Origin: an uncultured delta proteobacterium
Lineage (GTDB): Bacteria > Myxococcota_A > Polyangia > Polyangiales > Polyangiaceae
NCBI GenBank assembly: GCA_963782055.1
Contig: CAWAIF010000003.1
Span: 2,848,001-2,912,000, forward strand
Direction of reading: 5' to 3'
DNA: 64,000 nt
Shown here: positions 37,501 through 46,080 of the stretch, in pieces
Position numbering within the stretch: the stretch's first letter is position 1
Layout: every line of letters starts with the position of its first letter
Position numbers and translations under genes: made by a program
The notes under the pieces: generated by a model
What the model was told of the DNA's origin: nothing
Databases searched by the model: none
What the model saw: the letters and a program-made list of their open reading frames with translations, nothing else

Positions 37501-39944
37501 GCGCCGCCCTGCGCGCCGCTTACGCCGCGCGCGGTGACGCGTCGTCGGTCGTCGACCTCATCGAGAAGGAGCTCGCCGTCGCCGAGGGCAACATGGCCAA
37601 GGCGCGCCTTCAGGCGGAGCTCGCCAAGCTGTATCGCAACCAGCTCAAGGAGGAGGTCAAGGCGGAGAACAGCGCCAAGCTCGCCGTCGAGCTCGACCCC
37701 ACCAACTCCGACGCGCAGATGGTCCTGGGCGATCTCGCCTACGACAAGCAGCGCTACCTCGAGGCGTCCAAGTACTACGAGCAGCTCGTCGGCCGCTCCG
37801 GCGTCCTCGCGAAGGAGGACGCCATCCGCGTGCTGCTTCGCTTCGTGGAGGCTGCGGGAAAGATCACGCCGAGCACGACGATGGCGCCGCCCTCCGGCTC
37901 GTCGCCCGACCTCTCCGGCTCCGGCCCGAAGCCCGCGGCCAACCCGCGCGTTCTCGTGGCGGTGGAGGCCCTGCAGAAGCTCGCCCCCGGCGACATGGAG
38001 ACGGGCGCCCAGGCCGCCAAGGCCGTCTTCGAGTTCGGCGACCCGCAGACCGCCCGCAAGATGTACGAGGAGCTGCTCGACAAGTTCGGCTCCAAGATGG
38101 TCGGCAGCGATCGCGCCGAGGCCCTCTACGGCCTGGGCGAGAGCGCCCGCCGCAACGGCGACGTGGACTTCGCCATCAAGCCGCTCAAGGAGGCGTGCGA
38201 CGCCGACCCGTCCAACCCGCGGCCGCTGCGCGCCCTCGCCCGCTGCTACGAGGCCAAGGAGAACTGGAAGGAGGCGATCCGCATCAAGCGCCGCCGCCTG
38301 GACATGGCCGTCGGCGGGGAGCGCTTCGAGCTGCTCCTGGAGATCGGCGACATGGAGTCGCAGAAGCTCTCCGACCGCGCCGGCGCTTCCAAGACGTACG
38401 CCGCCGCCCTGGAGGAGCGCCCGGACGACCGCAAGCTGCTCACCCGCCTGATGCAGCTCTACTCGGAGGAGAAGGACTGGACCAAGCTGGTCGAGGTCGT
38501 GCTCCGCCTCGCCGATTTCGTCGAGGACCCGAAGCAGCGGGCCAAGTACATGCAGACGGCCGCGACGATCTCGGCGCGACAGATCGGCGACGTCGACACC
38601 GCGCTCACCTACTACGACCGCGCGCTGGAGTTCGACCCGACGCTGAGCAAAGCCAACGAGGAGGCTCTCGAGCTGTGCAAGCAGAAGGGCGACCACGACG
38701 GCGTCGAGCGCATGCTGCAGCTCCAGCTCGAGCAGGCGAAGCAGGCGCAGGACCGCGTGAAGATCCCGCGCATCCTGGACCAGCTCGCGGACCTCTATCA
38801 CAAGTTCCTCGGCGAGCCGGAGATGGCCATCGACGCCTACGAGGCGGCGCAGGCCTTCGATCCGGACAACAAGGAGCGCGGGGAGGTGCTCGCCGAGCTC
38901 TACGCGAGCGACGTCACGCAGTACCTGGACAAGGCGGTCAAGGCGCAGACGGTCATCTTGCGCAAGAACCCTTACCGCGTGGAGAGCTACAAGCTGCTCC
39001 GCCGCCTCTACACCGAGGGCAAGCGCCCCGACCCGGCGTGGTGCCTCTGTCAGGCGCTGAGCGTGCTCAACCTCGCGGAGCCGGACGAGGAGCGCTTCTA
39101 CCGCCGCCACAAGGCGGACAACGCGGCGCCTGCCCAGTCTGCGCTCAACGAGGAGGACTGGCAGGCGCTCGCCCACTACGAGCAGGACGTGGTGCTCACC
39201 CGCATCTTCGCGATGATCCAGCCGACGATCATCCGCACGCGCACCCAGCCCCTGGAGCAGCTCGGCTACGACCCGCGCTACGCGATCGACCTCTCCCTGC
39301 ACCCGTACCCGGTCTCGCAGACCCTGTACTACGTCCAGGGCGTGCTCGGCATGCAGGCGCCGATGGTCTTCCAGAACCCGAACGACCCGGCGGGTCTGGG
39401 CTTCATCCACGCGCACACGCCGGCGATCGTCCTCGGCCGCGCCGCCTTCGAGGCGCAGGTCCCCACGCAGTCGATGGCCTTCGTCGCCGGGCGCCACCTC
39501 GCCTACTACCGGCCCGGCTACTACGTGCGTCACCTCATCCCCACGGGCACCGGGCTCAAGGCGTGGCTCTTCGCCGCGATCAAGACCTGCGTGCCGCAGT
39601 TTCCCATCTCGGCCGACCTGCAGGGCCCGGTGCAGGAGTCCATGCAGGCGATGGCGCCGGACTTCCACGGCGCCCAGAAGGAGCGCCTCTCCAGCCTCGT
39701 CTCCAAGCTAATCCAGACCGGCGCCTCCCTCGACCTGAAGAAGTGGACCGCGTCGATCGATCTCACCGCCGACCGCGCCGGCTTCCTGCTCGCTCACGAC
39801 CTGCAGATGGCGACGGAGGTGATCCGCGCCACCGAAGACGGTGCGAGCGTCCCCGGCAAGGAGCGAGTAAAAGAGGTGGTGCTCTTCAGCGTGAGCGAGG
39901 AATACTTCGGGCTTCGCCAGAAGCTCGGCATCGCCATCGAATAA
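34557..39944 (+). CDS. Large multidomain protein: EAD-like N-terminus, Ser/Thr kinase-like domain, long TPR array, degenerate M48-like C-terminus
   Basis: TTG start with GGAG RBS. HGDLK, DFG, IAPE, DVYAFG; many TPR repeats (..LAIDPEN..AL..L.R); TADRAGFLL. Confidence 0.88.
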   Translation: MSANIDILRSELERLFSLEEMTQISELVGLGPEQVGGQTAKATFARALAEHCVEGDRVEALVDAVLSMRKEVDPRLRDVAALLGEPELPPGKEFGAFTIDKKLSATEMGVVYLAKRDGTAHILKTLRREAARDRRAVHRFLTRNRLVAKVQHEGLPKNIDAGEVEGTFYVAYENVDAQPLAARFARTGPSHINELRPILRGILEPLAALHKAQLSHGDLKLDHALVARGGDAHSAKVVLIDFGGDRLRPRMTPTTGQFGLLAVYGSPKTIAPEQVRGKPGDAKTDVYAFGAMLYELLSGKPVFPADSPSDAAFAHLKETPEPPSSKAPRGWVTKEVDAFVLSLLAKDPAQRPRDAAALLDVMETLGKPAAAAKAPAQLLPQEKVDELVDALVAMPEDAEAAIALEKAVDQVADPAKIAEAFAIAADQLEVKTDDDKETKKSLLYRAARIFDNQAKDKPRAEDMYSLICEVDPDDDVAQVALEEVRKAQGKYEEIVEMLLGRSEKAEPGEARARIMSEIGRLYTSELDDAEQALVAYTQALCELPTDDEIVSEVERLAGHKAERWHEVLGTLTEAVKIEGLAAADRNALLALAGRWYESKISRADMALMAYQQIMVTDPASDVATEGLTNIYRKAQQWPELAAILLARADAAGASPKGRDLRTEAGEIFENKLGDVKRAKDIYGAVLADDPGHARAGEALARIAEREGDFQTLVTLLESRAEARRGQERAEILGKIAEAYEDHLGDLNEATRRYEAVLAIDPENLGALKGLDRIFNRTGRYRELLEVLERQVSVAATPRQKINLFERMAALYDEEFLDHAKAAEALESILAIDAANDGALTGLARHYRAQGKWEEVVKLYERHAATTTDESRRVELLLTRARTLADQVGSPERATHAYEQVLEMVPGHGGALEALARLREASGDANAALTAIEALAAKAQTPEQKAETWIRAAKLLESRGDRDGAIERYKLALEANPKDTFASAALRAAYAARGDASSVVDLIEKELAVAEGNMAKARLQAELAKLYRNQLKEEVKAENSAKLAVELDPTNSDAQMVLGDLAYDKQRYLEASKYYEQLVGRSGVLAKEDAIRVLLRFVEAAGKITPSTTMAPPSGSSPDLSGSGPKPAANPRVLVAVEALQKLAPGDMETGAQAAKAVFEFGDPQTARKMYEELLDKFGSKMVGSDRAEALYGLGESARRNGDVDFAIKPLKEACDADPSNPRPLRALARCYEAKENWKEAIRIKRRRLDMAVGGERFELLLEIGDMESQKLSDRAGASKTYAAALEERPDDRKLLTRLMQLYSEEKDWTKLVEVVLRLADFVEDPKQRAKYMQTAATISARQIGDVDTALTYYDRALEFDPTLSKANEEALELCKQKGDHDGVERMLQLQLEQAKQAQDRVKIPRILDQLADLYHKFLGEPEMAIDAYEAAQAFDPDNKERGEVLAELYASDVTQYLDKAVKAQTVILRKNPYRVESYKLLRRLYTEGKRPDPAWCLCQALSVLNLAEPDEERFYRRHKADNAAPAQSALNEEDWQALAHYEQDVVLTRIFAMIQPTIIRTRTQPLEQLGYDPRYAIDLSLHPYPVSQTLYYVQGVLGMQAPMVFQNPNDPAGLGFIHAHTPAIVLGRAAFEAQVPTQSMAFVAGRHLAYYRPGYYVRHLIPTGTGLKAWLFAAIKTCVPQFPISADLQGPVQESMQAMAPDFHGAQKERLSSLVSKLIQTGASLDLKKWTASIDLTADRAGFLLAHDLQMATEVIRATEDGASVPGKERVKEVVLFSVSEEYFGLRQKLGIAIE

Positions 39945-39964
39945 GGACAGGGGGACCACCCACC

Positions 39965-40753
39965 ATGCGCAAATTGATCATCATCGCGGCGGCGTGCGCG
40001 CTCGTCGCCTGCAGCTCCGACGACACCAACAACAACGGCGACGCGGGCGGCGGCAACGACGCGGGCGGTGAGGCCGCGGGCAACATGGCGACGCAGACCG
40101 GCCGGATCGTCGACTTCGACAACAGCGCGCCGGTCAAGGGAGCGACGATCACCCTCAGCCCGCTCAACATCACCACCACGACCGACAACAAGGGCGCCTA
40201 CAGCGTCTCGGTGCCGAAGGGCACGCCCTACACGATGAGCGTGACGGCCCCGACGTACCTGAAGCTCATCGAGCAGGAGTGGCAGCTCAGCGGCGACACC
40301 GACCGGGGGGACACCAGCTTCGTGTCCACGGCGACGGAGAGCACCCTGCAGCTCACCCTGAGCGGGTACGACAGCTCGCTCGCCGTGCTCAGCGTGCAGG
40401 CGATCGCCACCGGGAGCTGCACCTCGGTGACGGGCGCGACCATCGCCATCGAGCCGCCCGGGCAGTCCAAGGTGAAGTACTTCGCCGGCGGTTTCCCCAG
40501 CAACACCGCGACGGCCGTCACCGACGGCCAGCTCCCCTCGGTCATCATCTACAACATCGACCCCACCGCGCCGTTCAAGGTCGTCGTGACCCCTCCCGAC
40601 GCCGACGCGGGCGCCGACGCCGGCCCGGCGAGCAGCTGCAAGGCCGCAGCCTTCCCCTTCGTCGACCCGAAGCTCGCGACGGTCACCTACACGGGCAACG
40701 TCACCGTCGAGCCCACCGACGCGGCGTCGTTCATGCGCGTGTACATGGAGTGA
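39965..40753 (+). CDS. Lipoprotein with carboxypeptidase-regulatory-like beta-sandwich
   Basis: Lipobox LVAC; TGRIVD...PVKGATITL...TTTTDNKGAYSV. Confidence 0.8.
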   Translation: MRKLIIIAAACALVACSSDDTNNNGDAGGGNDAGGEAAGNMATQTGRIVDFDNSAPVKGATITLSPLNITTTTDNKGAYSVSVPKGTPYTMSVTAPTYLKLIEQEWQLSGDTDRGDTSFVSTATESTLQLTLSGYDSSLAVLSVQAIATGSCTSVTGATIAIEPPGQSKVKYFAGGFPSNTATAVTDGQLPSVIIYNIDPTAPFKVVVTPPDADAGADAGPASSCKAAAFPFVDPKLATVTYTGNVTVEPTDAASFMRVYME

Positions 40754-42108
40754 TGCGAAGCGGCCCGGTCCTCGCGCTCGCGCTGCTCTCGGCGTGCAGC
40801 GGCTGCAAGAGCGAGAAGGCGCCGTCCGCCGCGAAGGACACGCCTCCGCCGTCGCCGGCCGCGGTGCACGATGCGGCCCCGGAGGCCGCGGTCGCGCCCA
40901 CCATCCCGAAGGACCTCAACGTCCTGCTCATCACCATCGACTGCCTGCGCGCCGACATGCCGTGGGAGGGCTACAAGCGCCCCATCGCTCCCCGCCTGAC
41001 GAAGCTCGCCGAGAAGGCGGTCGTGTACACGCACGAGTACTCGATGTCGTCGTACACATCGATGAGCCTCGGCGGCATGCTCGGCGGCAAGCCCCCCGGG
41101 GAGCTTCTGCGCAGCGGGTACTTCTTCGGCATCTACCCCCGCAAGAACCTCTTTTACCCGGAGATCCTCCAGAAGGCGGGCATCCACACCGTCACCGCGC
41201 ACGCGCACGGCTACTTCAAGACCGCCGGCTTCGATCAGGGCTTCGACGACTACGAGATGGTCCCGAACCTGAAGTGGAACGCCCAGACGGACGAGAACAT
41301 CACCTCGCCCCAGCTCGAGGGCATCGCCGAGAAGCAGCTCGGCGATCCCAAGAACGACAACCACCGCTTCTTCGCCTGGTACCACTTCCTCGACCCGCAC
41401 GATCAGTACCTGCCGCACGAGGGGATCTTCTACGGCAACACCTACCGCGACAAGTACGACGCCGAGGTCACCTTCACCAACCGCTACATCGGCAAGCTCC
41501 TGGACTTCGTGAAGAGCGAGCCGTGGGGCGCGCGCACCGCCATCATCGTGACGGCGGACCACGGGGAGGCCTTCGGCGAACACGGGATGCTGCGCCACGG
41601 CTTCCAGGTCTGGGAGAACCTCATCCGCGTGCCGCTCCTGGTGGTGATCCCGGGCATCAAGCCGCGCCGCATCGACCTGCCGCGCAGCGCGGTGGACATC
41701 GCGCCGACGCTGCTGGACCTCTTCGGCCTCCCGCCCGAGCCGACCTTCGAGGGCCGCTCGCTGTTGCCCGAGCTGCGCGGCGAGTGCGACGCCGGCGACG
41801 ATTGCGGCCCGCGCGACGTGCTGGTCGATCTCCCCGCGACCAGCGACAGCGACCGCCGCCGCGCCCTCATCCACGGCCACATGAAGATCATCGCCTTCGG
41901 CGAGAGCGAGTACATGCAGGTCTTCGACCTGGACGCCGACCCCGGCGAGGAGCACCCCATCGTCAAGGGGCCGGAGTACCAGGACATGGTGAAGCGCTAC
42001 CGCGCTCGCGTGAAGACGATGAAGGACCTGGAGCCCTACTCGTGCAACAAGGGGTGCCTCAACGGGGCGTACTCCAAGCCCGCCGACGCCGGCGCCGCCG
42101 GCAAGTGA
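40753..42108 (+). CDS. Sulfatase / alkaline-phosphatase superfamily lipoprotein (Thr at the nucleophile position)
   Basis: NVLLITIDCLRAD, HFLDPHDQY, TADHGEAFGEHG, RVPL. The CxPxR position reads SYTSMS. Confidence 0.85.
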   Translation: MRSGPVLALALLSACSGCKSEKAPSAAKDTPPPSPAAVHDAAPEAAVAPTIPKDLNVLLITIDCLRADMPWEGYKRPIAPRLTKLAEKAVVYTHEYSMSSYTSMSLGGMLGGKPPGELLRSGYFFGIYPRKNLFYPEILQKAGIHTVTAHAHGYFKTAGFDQGFDDYEMVPNLKWNAQTDENITSPQLEGIAEKQLGDPKNDNHRFFAWYHFLDPHDQYLPHEGIFYGNTYRDKYDAEVTFTNRYIGKLLDFVKSEPWGARTAIIVTADHGEAFGEHGMLRHGFQVWENLIRVPLLVVIPGIKPRRIDLPRSAVDIAPTLLDLFGLPPEPTFEGRSLLPELRGECDAGDDCGPRDVLVDLPATSDSDRRRALIHGHMKIIAFGESEYMQVFDLDADPGEEHPIVKGPEYQDMVKRYRARVKTMKDLEPYSCNKGCLNGAYSKPADAGAAGK

Positions 42109-42124
42109 ACCGAGGCCAGTCGCC

Positions 42125-42898
42125 ATGCCCGTCACGCCCATCCCGTGTCTGAAGGACAACTACGCGTACCTCGTCACGTGCCCCCGCACCGGCGAGCACG
42201 CCGTCGTGGACGTCTCGGAGGCCGCCCCGGTGCTCGCGGCGCTCCGGTCACACGACGCCCGGCCGAGGGCGATCTGGTCCACGCACCACCACTTCGATCA
42301 CGTCGGCGGCAACGAGGAGCTCGCGGGCGAGGTGGCCGGCGTGGAGGTCTGCGGTCACGCCTCGGACCGCGGCCGGATCCCCGCGCAGACGCGCTTCCTG
42401 GAGGAGGGGGACGAGCTCGCCCTCGGCGACCTGCGCGCCCGCATCCTGCACATCCCCGGGCACACGCTCGGCGCCGTCGCCTACGTGGTCGAGGGCGACG
42501 GCGCGCCGATGGTCTTCACCGGTGACACCCTCTTCGTCGCCGGCTGCGGCCGGCTCTTCGAGGGCACGCCGGTGATGATGCACGCGTCGCTCTCCAAGCT
42601 CGCCGCGCTCCCCCCGGAGACACGCGTCTACTGCGGGCACGAGTACACGCAGGCCAACCTGCGCTTCGCCGCCCACGTCGAGCCGCACAACGCCGCGGTG
42701 GCCCGCGCGCGGGAGCGGGCGGACACCCTTCGAGCGAAGGGCGAGCCCACGGTGCCGTCCACCATCGGCGAGGAGCTGCAGCACAACCCCTTCCTGCGCG
42801 TCCGCTCCGAGGAGATCCGCCGTACCCTCCACGTCGATCCCGGCGCCGACGCGGCGGCGGCCTTCGGCGCCATCCGCGCGGCGAAGGACTCCTTCTGA
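42125..42898 (+). CDS. gloB: Hydroxyacylglutathione hydrolase (glyoxalase II)
   Basis: DNYAYL, THHHFDHVGG, PGHTLG, GDTLFVAGCGRLFEG, CGHEYT, NPFLR. Confidence 0.95.
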   Translation: MPVTPIPCLKDNYAYLVTCPRTGEHAVVDVSEAAPVLAALRSHDARPRAIWSTHHHFDHVGGNEELAGEVAGVEVCGHASDRGRIPAQTRFLEEGDELALGDLRARILHIPGHTLGAVAYVVEGDGAPMVFTGDTLFVAGCGRLFEGTPVMMHASLSKLAALPPETRVYCGHEYTQANLRFAAHVEPHNAAVARARERADTLRAKGEPTVPSTIGEELQHNPFLRVRSEEIRRTLHVDPGADAAAAFGAIRAAKDSF

Positions 42899-42970
42899 AG
42901 CGAAGCTCCCCCTTCGGGCTCTCCGTGCTGGACGCCCGAGGCGCAGCGGGGGGCCCTCACTCCGATCCTC

Positions 42971-44131
42971 TCAGTCCTCGCCGCCGCTCTCCACGTGCTC
43001 GCGGATGGCCTCGCGCTCGCGGGCGACGTGGGCGCTCACCGCGGAGAAGAGGCGCGGGTTGGCGATCCAGTGCGCCGAGTGGGTGATCGTCGGGACGAAC
43101 CCGCGCACCCGCTTGTGCTCGCCGCCGGCGCCCGGCTCGAACGCCTCCAGCCCGTGCGCGATGCAGTGCGCGATGCCCTCGTAGTAGCAGACGTTGAAAT
43201 GCAGGAAGGGCATCTCCACCGTCGCCCCCCAGTAGCGGCCGTACAGGCGCTTGCCCTTCTGCACGTTGAAGGCGCCGGCGATGGGGCGTTCCCCCTCGCG
43301 CGCGATGACCCACGCCAGCCGGTGGCGGAAGCGCTCGGCCACCAGCTCGAAGAAGCGCGGGGTGAGGTACCGCCGGCCCCAGACGAACTTGTCCACCGTG
43401 CTCCGGTAGAATCGATACATCGCGCGCACGATCTCCGGCGTGATCGCCTCCGGCGCGAGCGTCTCGATGGTCACGCCGTCCTTCCCCGCCTGCGCGCGCT
43501 CCCGCCGGAGCTGCGTGCGCTTCTTCGACTTGAAGGTCGCCACGAAGTCGTCGAACGACGCGTAGCCATGGTTGTGCCAGTGGTACTGCACGCCGTAGCG
43601 CTCCACGTACCCCGCGCGCGTCCAGCCCGCGGCCTCCTCCGCGCGCGGGAAGAGCGCATGCACCGAGTGGGCCCCGAGCTCGCCGGCGATCTCCCGCGCG
43701 GCCGCCGCCATCACGGGGACGAGCGCGGCGCGGTCCTCGCCCGGCGCCACCAGCACGCGCTCGCCGGTCACCGGCGAGAAGGGGACCGCCACCACCAGCT
43801 TGGGGTAGTAGCGCGTGCGCATGCGGTGGGCGAGGTCCGCCCAGGACCAGTCGAAGACGAACTCCCCCTCGCTGTTGTCCTTGAGGTAGGCGGGCGCCGC
43901 GGCCACCAGCCGCTCCTCGCCTCCGCCCGTGCGGAAGAGCGCCAGGTGCGCGGGCACCCAGGCGGCGGCGTGCTCTCCGTCGCCGCCGACGCACCCGGCC
44001 TCCTCCATGCAATCGAGCCACGTCCACTCGACGAAGGGCGAGCCCTCCTCGCCCACCAGGGCGTCCCACGCGTGCTCGGAGACTTCACGCACGCGGGACA
44101 GGACGCGTAGCTCGAAGCCGGGCGCGCTCAG
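42971..44131 (-). CDS. GNAT / FemAB-like (DUF482-type) protein; probable CTG start
   Basis: YLKDNSEGEFVFDWSWA, YYPKLVVAVPFSPVTG, LYGRYWG, LHFNVCYY, EPGAGGEHK. First canonical start is GTG 44092. Confidence 0.88.
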   Translation of the reverse strand: MSAPGFELRVLSRVREVSEHAWDALVGEEGSPFVEWTWLDCMEEAGCVGGDGEHAAAWVPAHLALFRTGGGEERLVAAAPAYLKDNSEGEFVFDWSWADLAHRMRTRYYPKLVVAVPFSPVTGERVLVAPGEDRAALVPVMAAAAREIAGELGAHSVHALFPRAEEAAGWTRAGYVERYGVQYHWHNHGYASFDDFVATFKSKKRTQLRRERAQAGKDGVTIETLAPEAITPEIVRAMYRFYRSTVDKFVWGRRYLTPRFFELVAERFRHRLAWVIAREGERPIAGAFNVQKGKRLYGRYWGATVEMPFLHFNVCYYEGIAHCIAHGLEAFEPGAGGEHKRVRGFVPTITHSAHWIANPRLFSAVSAHVAREREAIREHVESGGED

Positions 44132-44757
44132 GACTTGGGGTCCTCGCGGCAGAGCACGAAGTAGGCGTCGATGAACTTGCCGCCCTTGATGGCCCGGCCG
44201 ACGCTGACGTGCTTCGACACGCCGCGCATCACGTCCACCATCCCGGCGTAGACGAAGCGCCCGGCGCGCCGCTCGTTGGGGACGATGGATGGCCAGGCCT
44301 CCGGCTTCGCGGGCGGCAGGCGCGTGTAGTCGATGTCCAGCTCCCCCTCCGAGTCCTGCCGGCCCTCCGGCTCGTGCATCACGTAGTAGCCGGGCCCGGT
44401 GAACGCCTTGGTCGGGAAGACGCCGTCGGGCGCCTGCTCGTTGTAACCCCAGAGCTCCTTCTTTCCCCCGTTGTCGCCGTTCGGCTTGGGCTTACAGAAG
44501 CGCTTCTGGAAGTGGGTGAGGGCGGGCAGGGAGTTCTTGCCCCAGTGCACCACCTCCACGAGCGGATCCACGTCGCTCGGCACGAAGTCGTCGAAGCTCA
44601 GCGTCTTGAAGCCCTTGCACTTCTCGAAGAGCCGCCGCTGCTTGTCGTGGTCCCAGTGCAGGATGGTGTCGAGCCGCCCGACGTGGCCGAGCCCGTCGAG
44701 CACCTCGGCCAGGCGGGGCAGGTCGATGTCGCCTTCGAAGAGGACGTCCAGGTTCAT
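44128..44757 (-). CDS. Hypothetical protein
   Basis: MNLDVLFEGD...GKNSLP...FQKRFC...GYNEQ...TGPGYY...DYTRLP; strong codon bias. Confidence 0.78.
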   Translation of the reverse strand: MNLDVLFEGDIDLPRLAEVLDGLGHVGRLDTILHWDHDKQRRLFEKCKGFKTLSFDDFVPSDVDPLVEVVHWGKNSLPALTHFQKRFCKPKPNGDNGGKKELWGYNEQAPDGVFPTKAFTGPGYYVMHEPEGRQDSEGELDIDYTRLPPAKPEAWPSIVPNERRAGRFVYAGMVDVMRGVSKHVSVGRAIKGGKFIDAYFVLCREDPKS

Positions 44758-44813
44758 CGAGGCAGTAGGTGTAGCGCACCCCGGGCTCCGCGTACACGTC
44801 CCGCCGCCCGCGC

Positions 44814-45539
44814 TCACGGCGGCGGGGGGATCGTCCTCGTCCACGTACCCAGATACCGCCCCCGCACCAGCGGGTGCTGCTCGAAGGCGTCCGGCGGCTC
44901 GGTCAGCGCCACCGCCCCATCCAGGAGCAAGGAGGCCCGATCGCAGACGCGCAGCGCCTCGGCGACGTGGTGGTCCGCCAGCACCACCGCCGCGCCGCCC
45001 CTGGCCAGCCGGCGAAGCAGCTCCCCCAGGTGCGCGGCGCCCGCCGGGTCCACCCCGGCGAAAGGCTCGTCGCAGATGAGCACCGCCGGCGAGTGCGTGA
45101 CCGCCCGCGCGAACTCCAGCCGCCGCCGCTCCCCGGCGCTCAGATCGCCCGCGCGCACGTCCAGCCGCGCGCCGAGCTCCACGCCCTCCGCCTCCTCGAC
45201 CACGTCGCGCTCCGCCCCGGCGATGCGGTGGAAGGTGCGCAGGTTCTCCCGCACGGTGAGGTCCAGCAGCACGCTCGGTGTCTGCGGGATGTAGCCCACC
45301 CCGGCGCGCGCGCGCCGCCAGAGCGGCCACGCCGTCACGTCCTGCTCCCCGAGACGCACCGTGCCGGCGGCGACGGGCACCTCGCCCACCAGCGCGCCGA
45401 AGAGCGTCGACTTGCCCGCGCCCGACGGGCCCAGCACCCCGAGGACCTCGCCTGGGCGCACCTCCACGTCGACGTCCCGCAGGATCACCTTGCCCCCGCG
45501 CTCCACGCGCAGACCGCGCCCTTGCAGGGTGGGGCTCAC
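44814..45539 (-). CDS. lptB: LPS export ABC ATPase, LptB-like
   Basis: GPSGAGKST, RRARAGVGYIPQ, LSAGERRRLE, DEPFAGVDP; coupled to an lptA-like gene. Confidence 0.8.
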   Translation of the reverse strand: MSPTLQGRGLRVERGGKVILRDVDVEVRPGEVLGVLGPSGAGKSTLFGALVGEVPVAAGTVRLGEQDVTAWPLWRRARAGVGYIPQTPSVLLDLTVRENLRTFHRIAGAERDVVEEAEGVELGARLDVRAGDLSAGERRRLEFARAVTHSPAVLICDEPFAGVDPAGAAHLGELLRRLARGGAAVVLADHHVAEALRVCDRASLLLDGAVALTEPPDAFEQHPLVRGRYLGTWTRTIPPPP

Positions 45540-46009
45540 CGGGCGGGCGGAACGGGGATGGACCCCTTCACCTGGGACATGGACACTCTGCCGCTGCCAA
45601 TGTCGATCGTCGCGCGGTCTGCCTGCAGCCAGCCCTGCCCGCGCGTGAGGCGGACGCCCCCGCGCAGATCCAGGACCTGCTTGGCGAGATCGAGCTCCAC
45701 CTCCGGCGCCTCGGCGTGGACACCGCGCACGTCGGCCGCCACCCCGCCGGAGCCCTTGGCCCACTTCACGTGCGGCGTGTTGTCGAACTTCAGATCGATG
45801 CGCGGGCAGCTCACCTTGAGGTCGCCCTTGGTCAGCGAGACGTTGCCGGTGAGCAGCGCCTCGCCGGCGGCGACGTCCACGTCCAGCTTGTCGGCCTGGA
45901 GGTTCATCGCGTCGCCGCCCCCGACGGCGAGGATCGGGTCGGCGCTCGACGCCGCGGGCGCCGACACGATGGCGGCGCCGACGGCCAACGCGAGGTGCCA
46001 GGCACGCAT
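45536..46009 (-). CDS. lptA: LptA/OstA family protein
   Basis: Signal peptide; QADKLDVD...LTGNVSLTKGD...LRGGVRLTRGQGWLQADRATID beta-jellyroll pattern. Confidence 0.75.
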   Translation of the reverse strand: MRAWHLALAVGAAIVSAPAASSADPILAVGGGDAMNLQADKLDVDVAAGEALLTGNVSLTKGDLKVSCPRIDLKFDNTPHVKWAKGSGGVAADVRGVHAEAPEVELDLAKQVLDLRGGVRLTRGQGWLQADRATIDIGSGRVSMSQVKGSIPVPPAR

Positions 46010-46080
46010 GAATTAAGAGGTGCCTCAAGCGCGTGCGTTGTGCAAGCACTACCGCGGGCGCTCCTCGCGGGCGCTGGACC

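Noticed and set aside
34404..39668. 1754-aa minus-strand ORF, and other long shadow ORFs such as 29272-32076, 11738-14524, 46466-49717 and 50689-53415
   Set aside because: They are antisense or off-frame to well-supported genes. Stop codons are scarce at this GC content and the translations are Arg/Gly/Ala-rich with no motifs.
42899..42970. GC hairpin between convergent gloB and GNAT genes
   Set aside because: Imperfect stem with no U-tract; easily arises by chance at this GC content.
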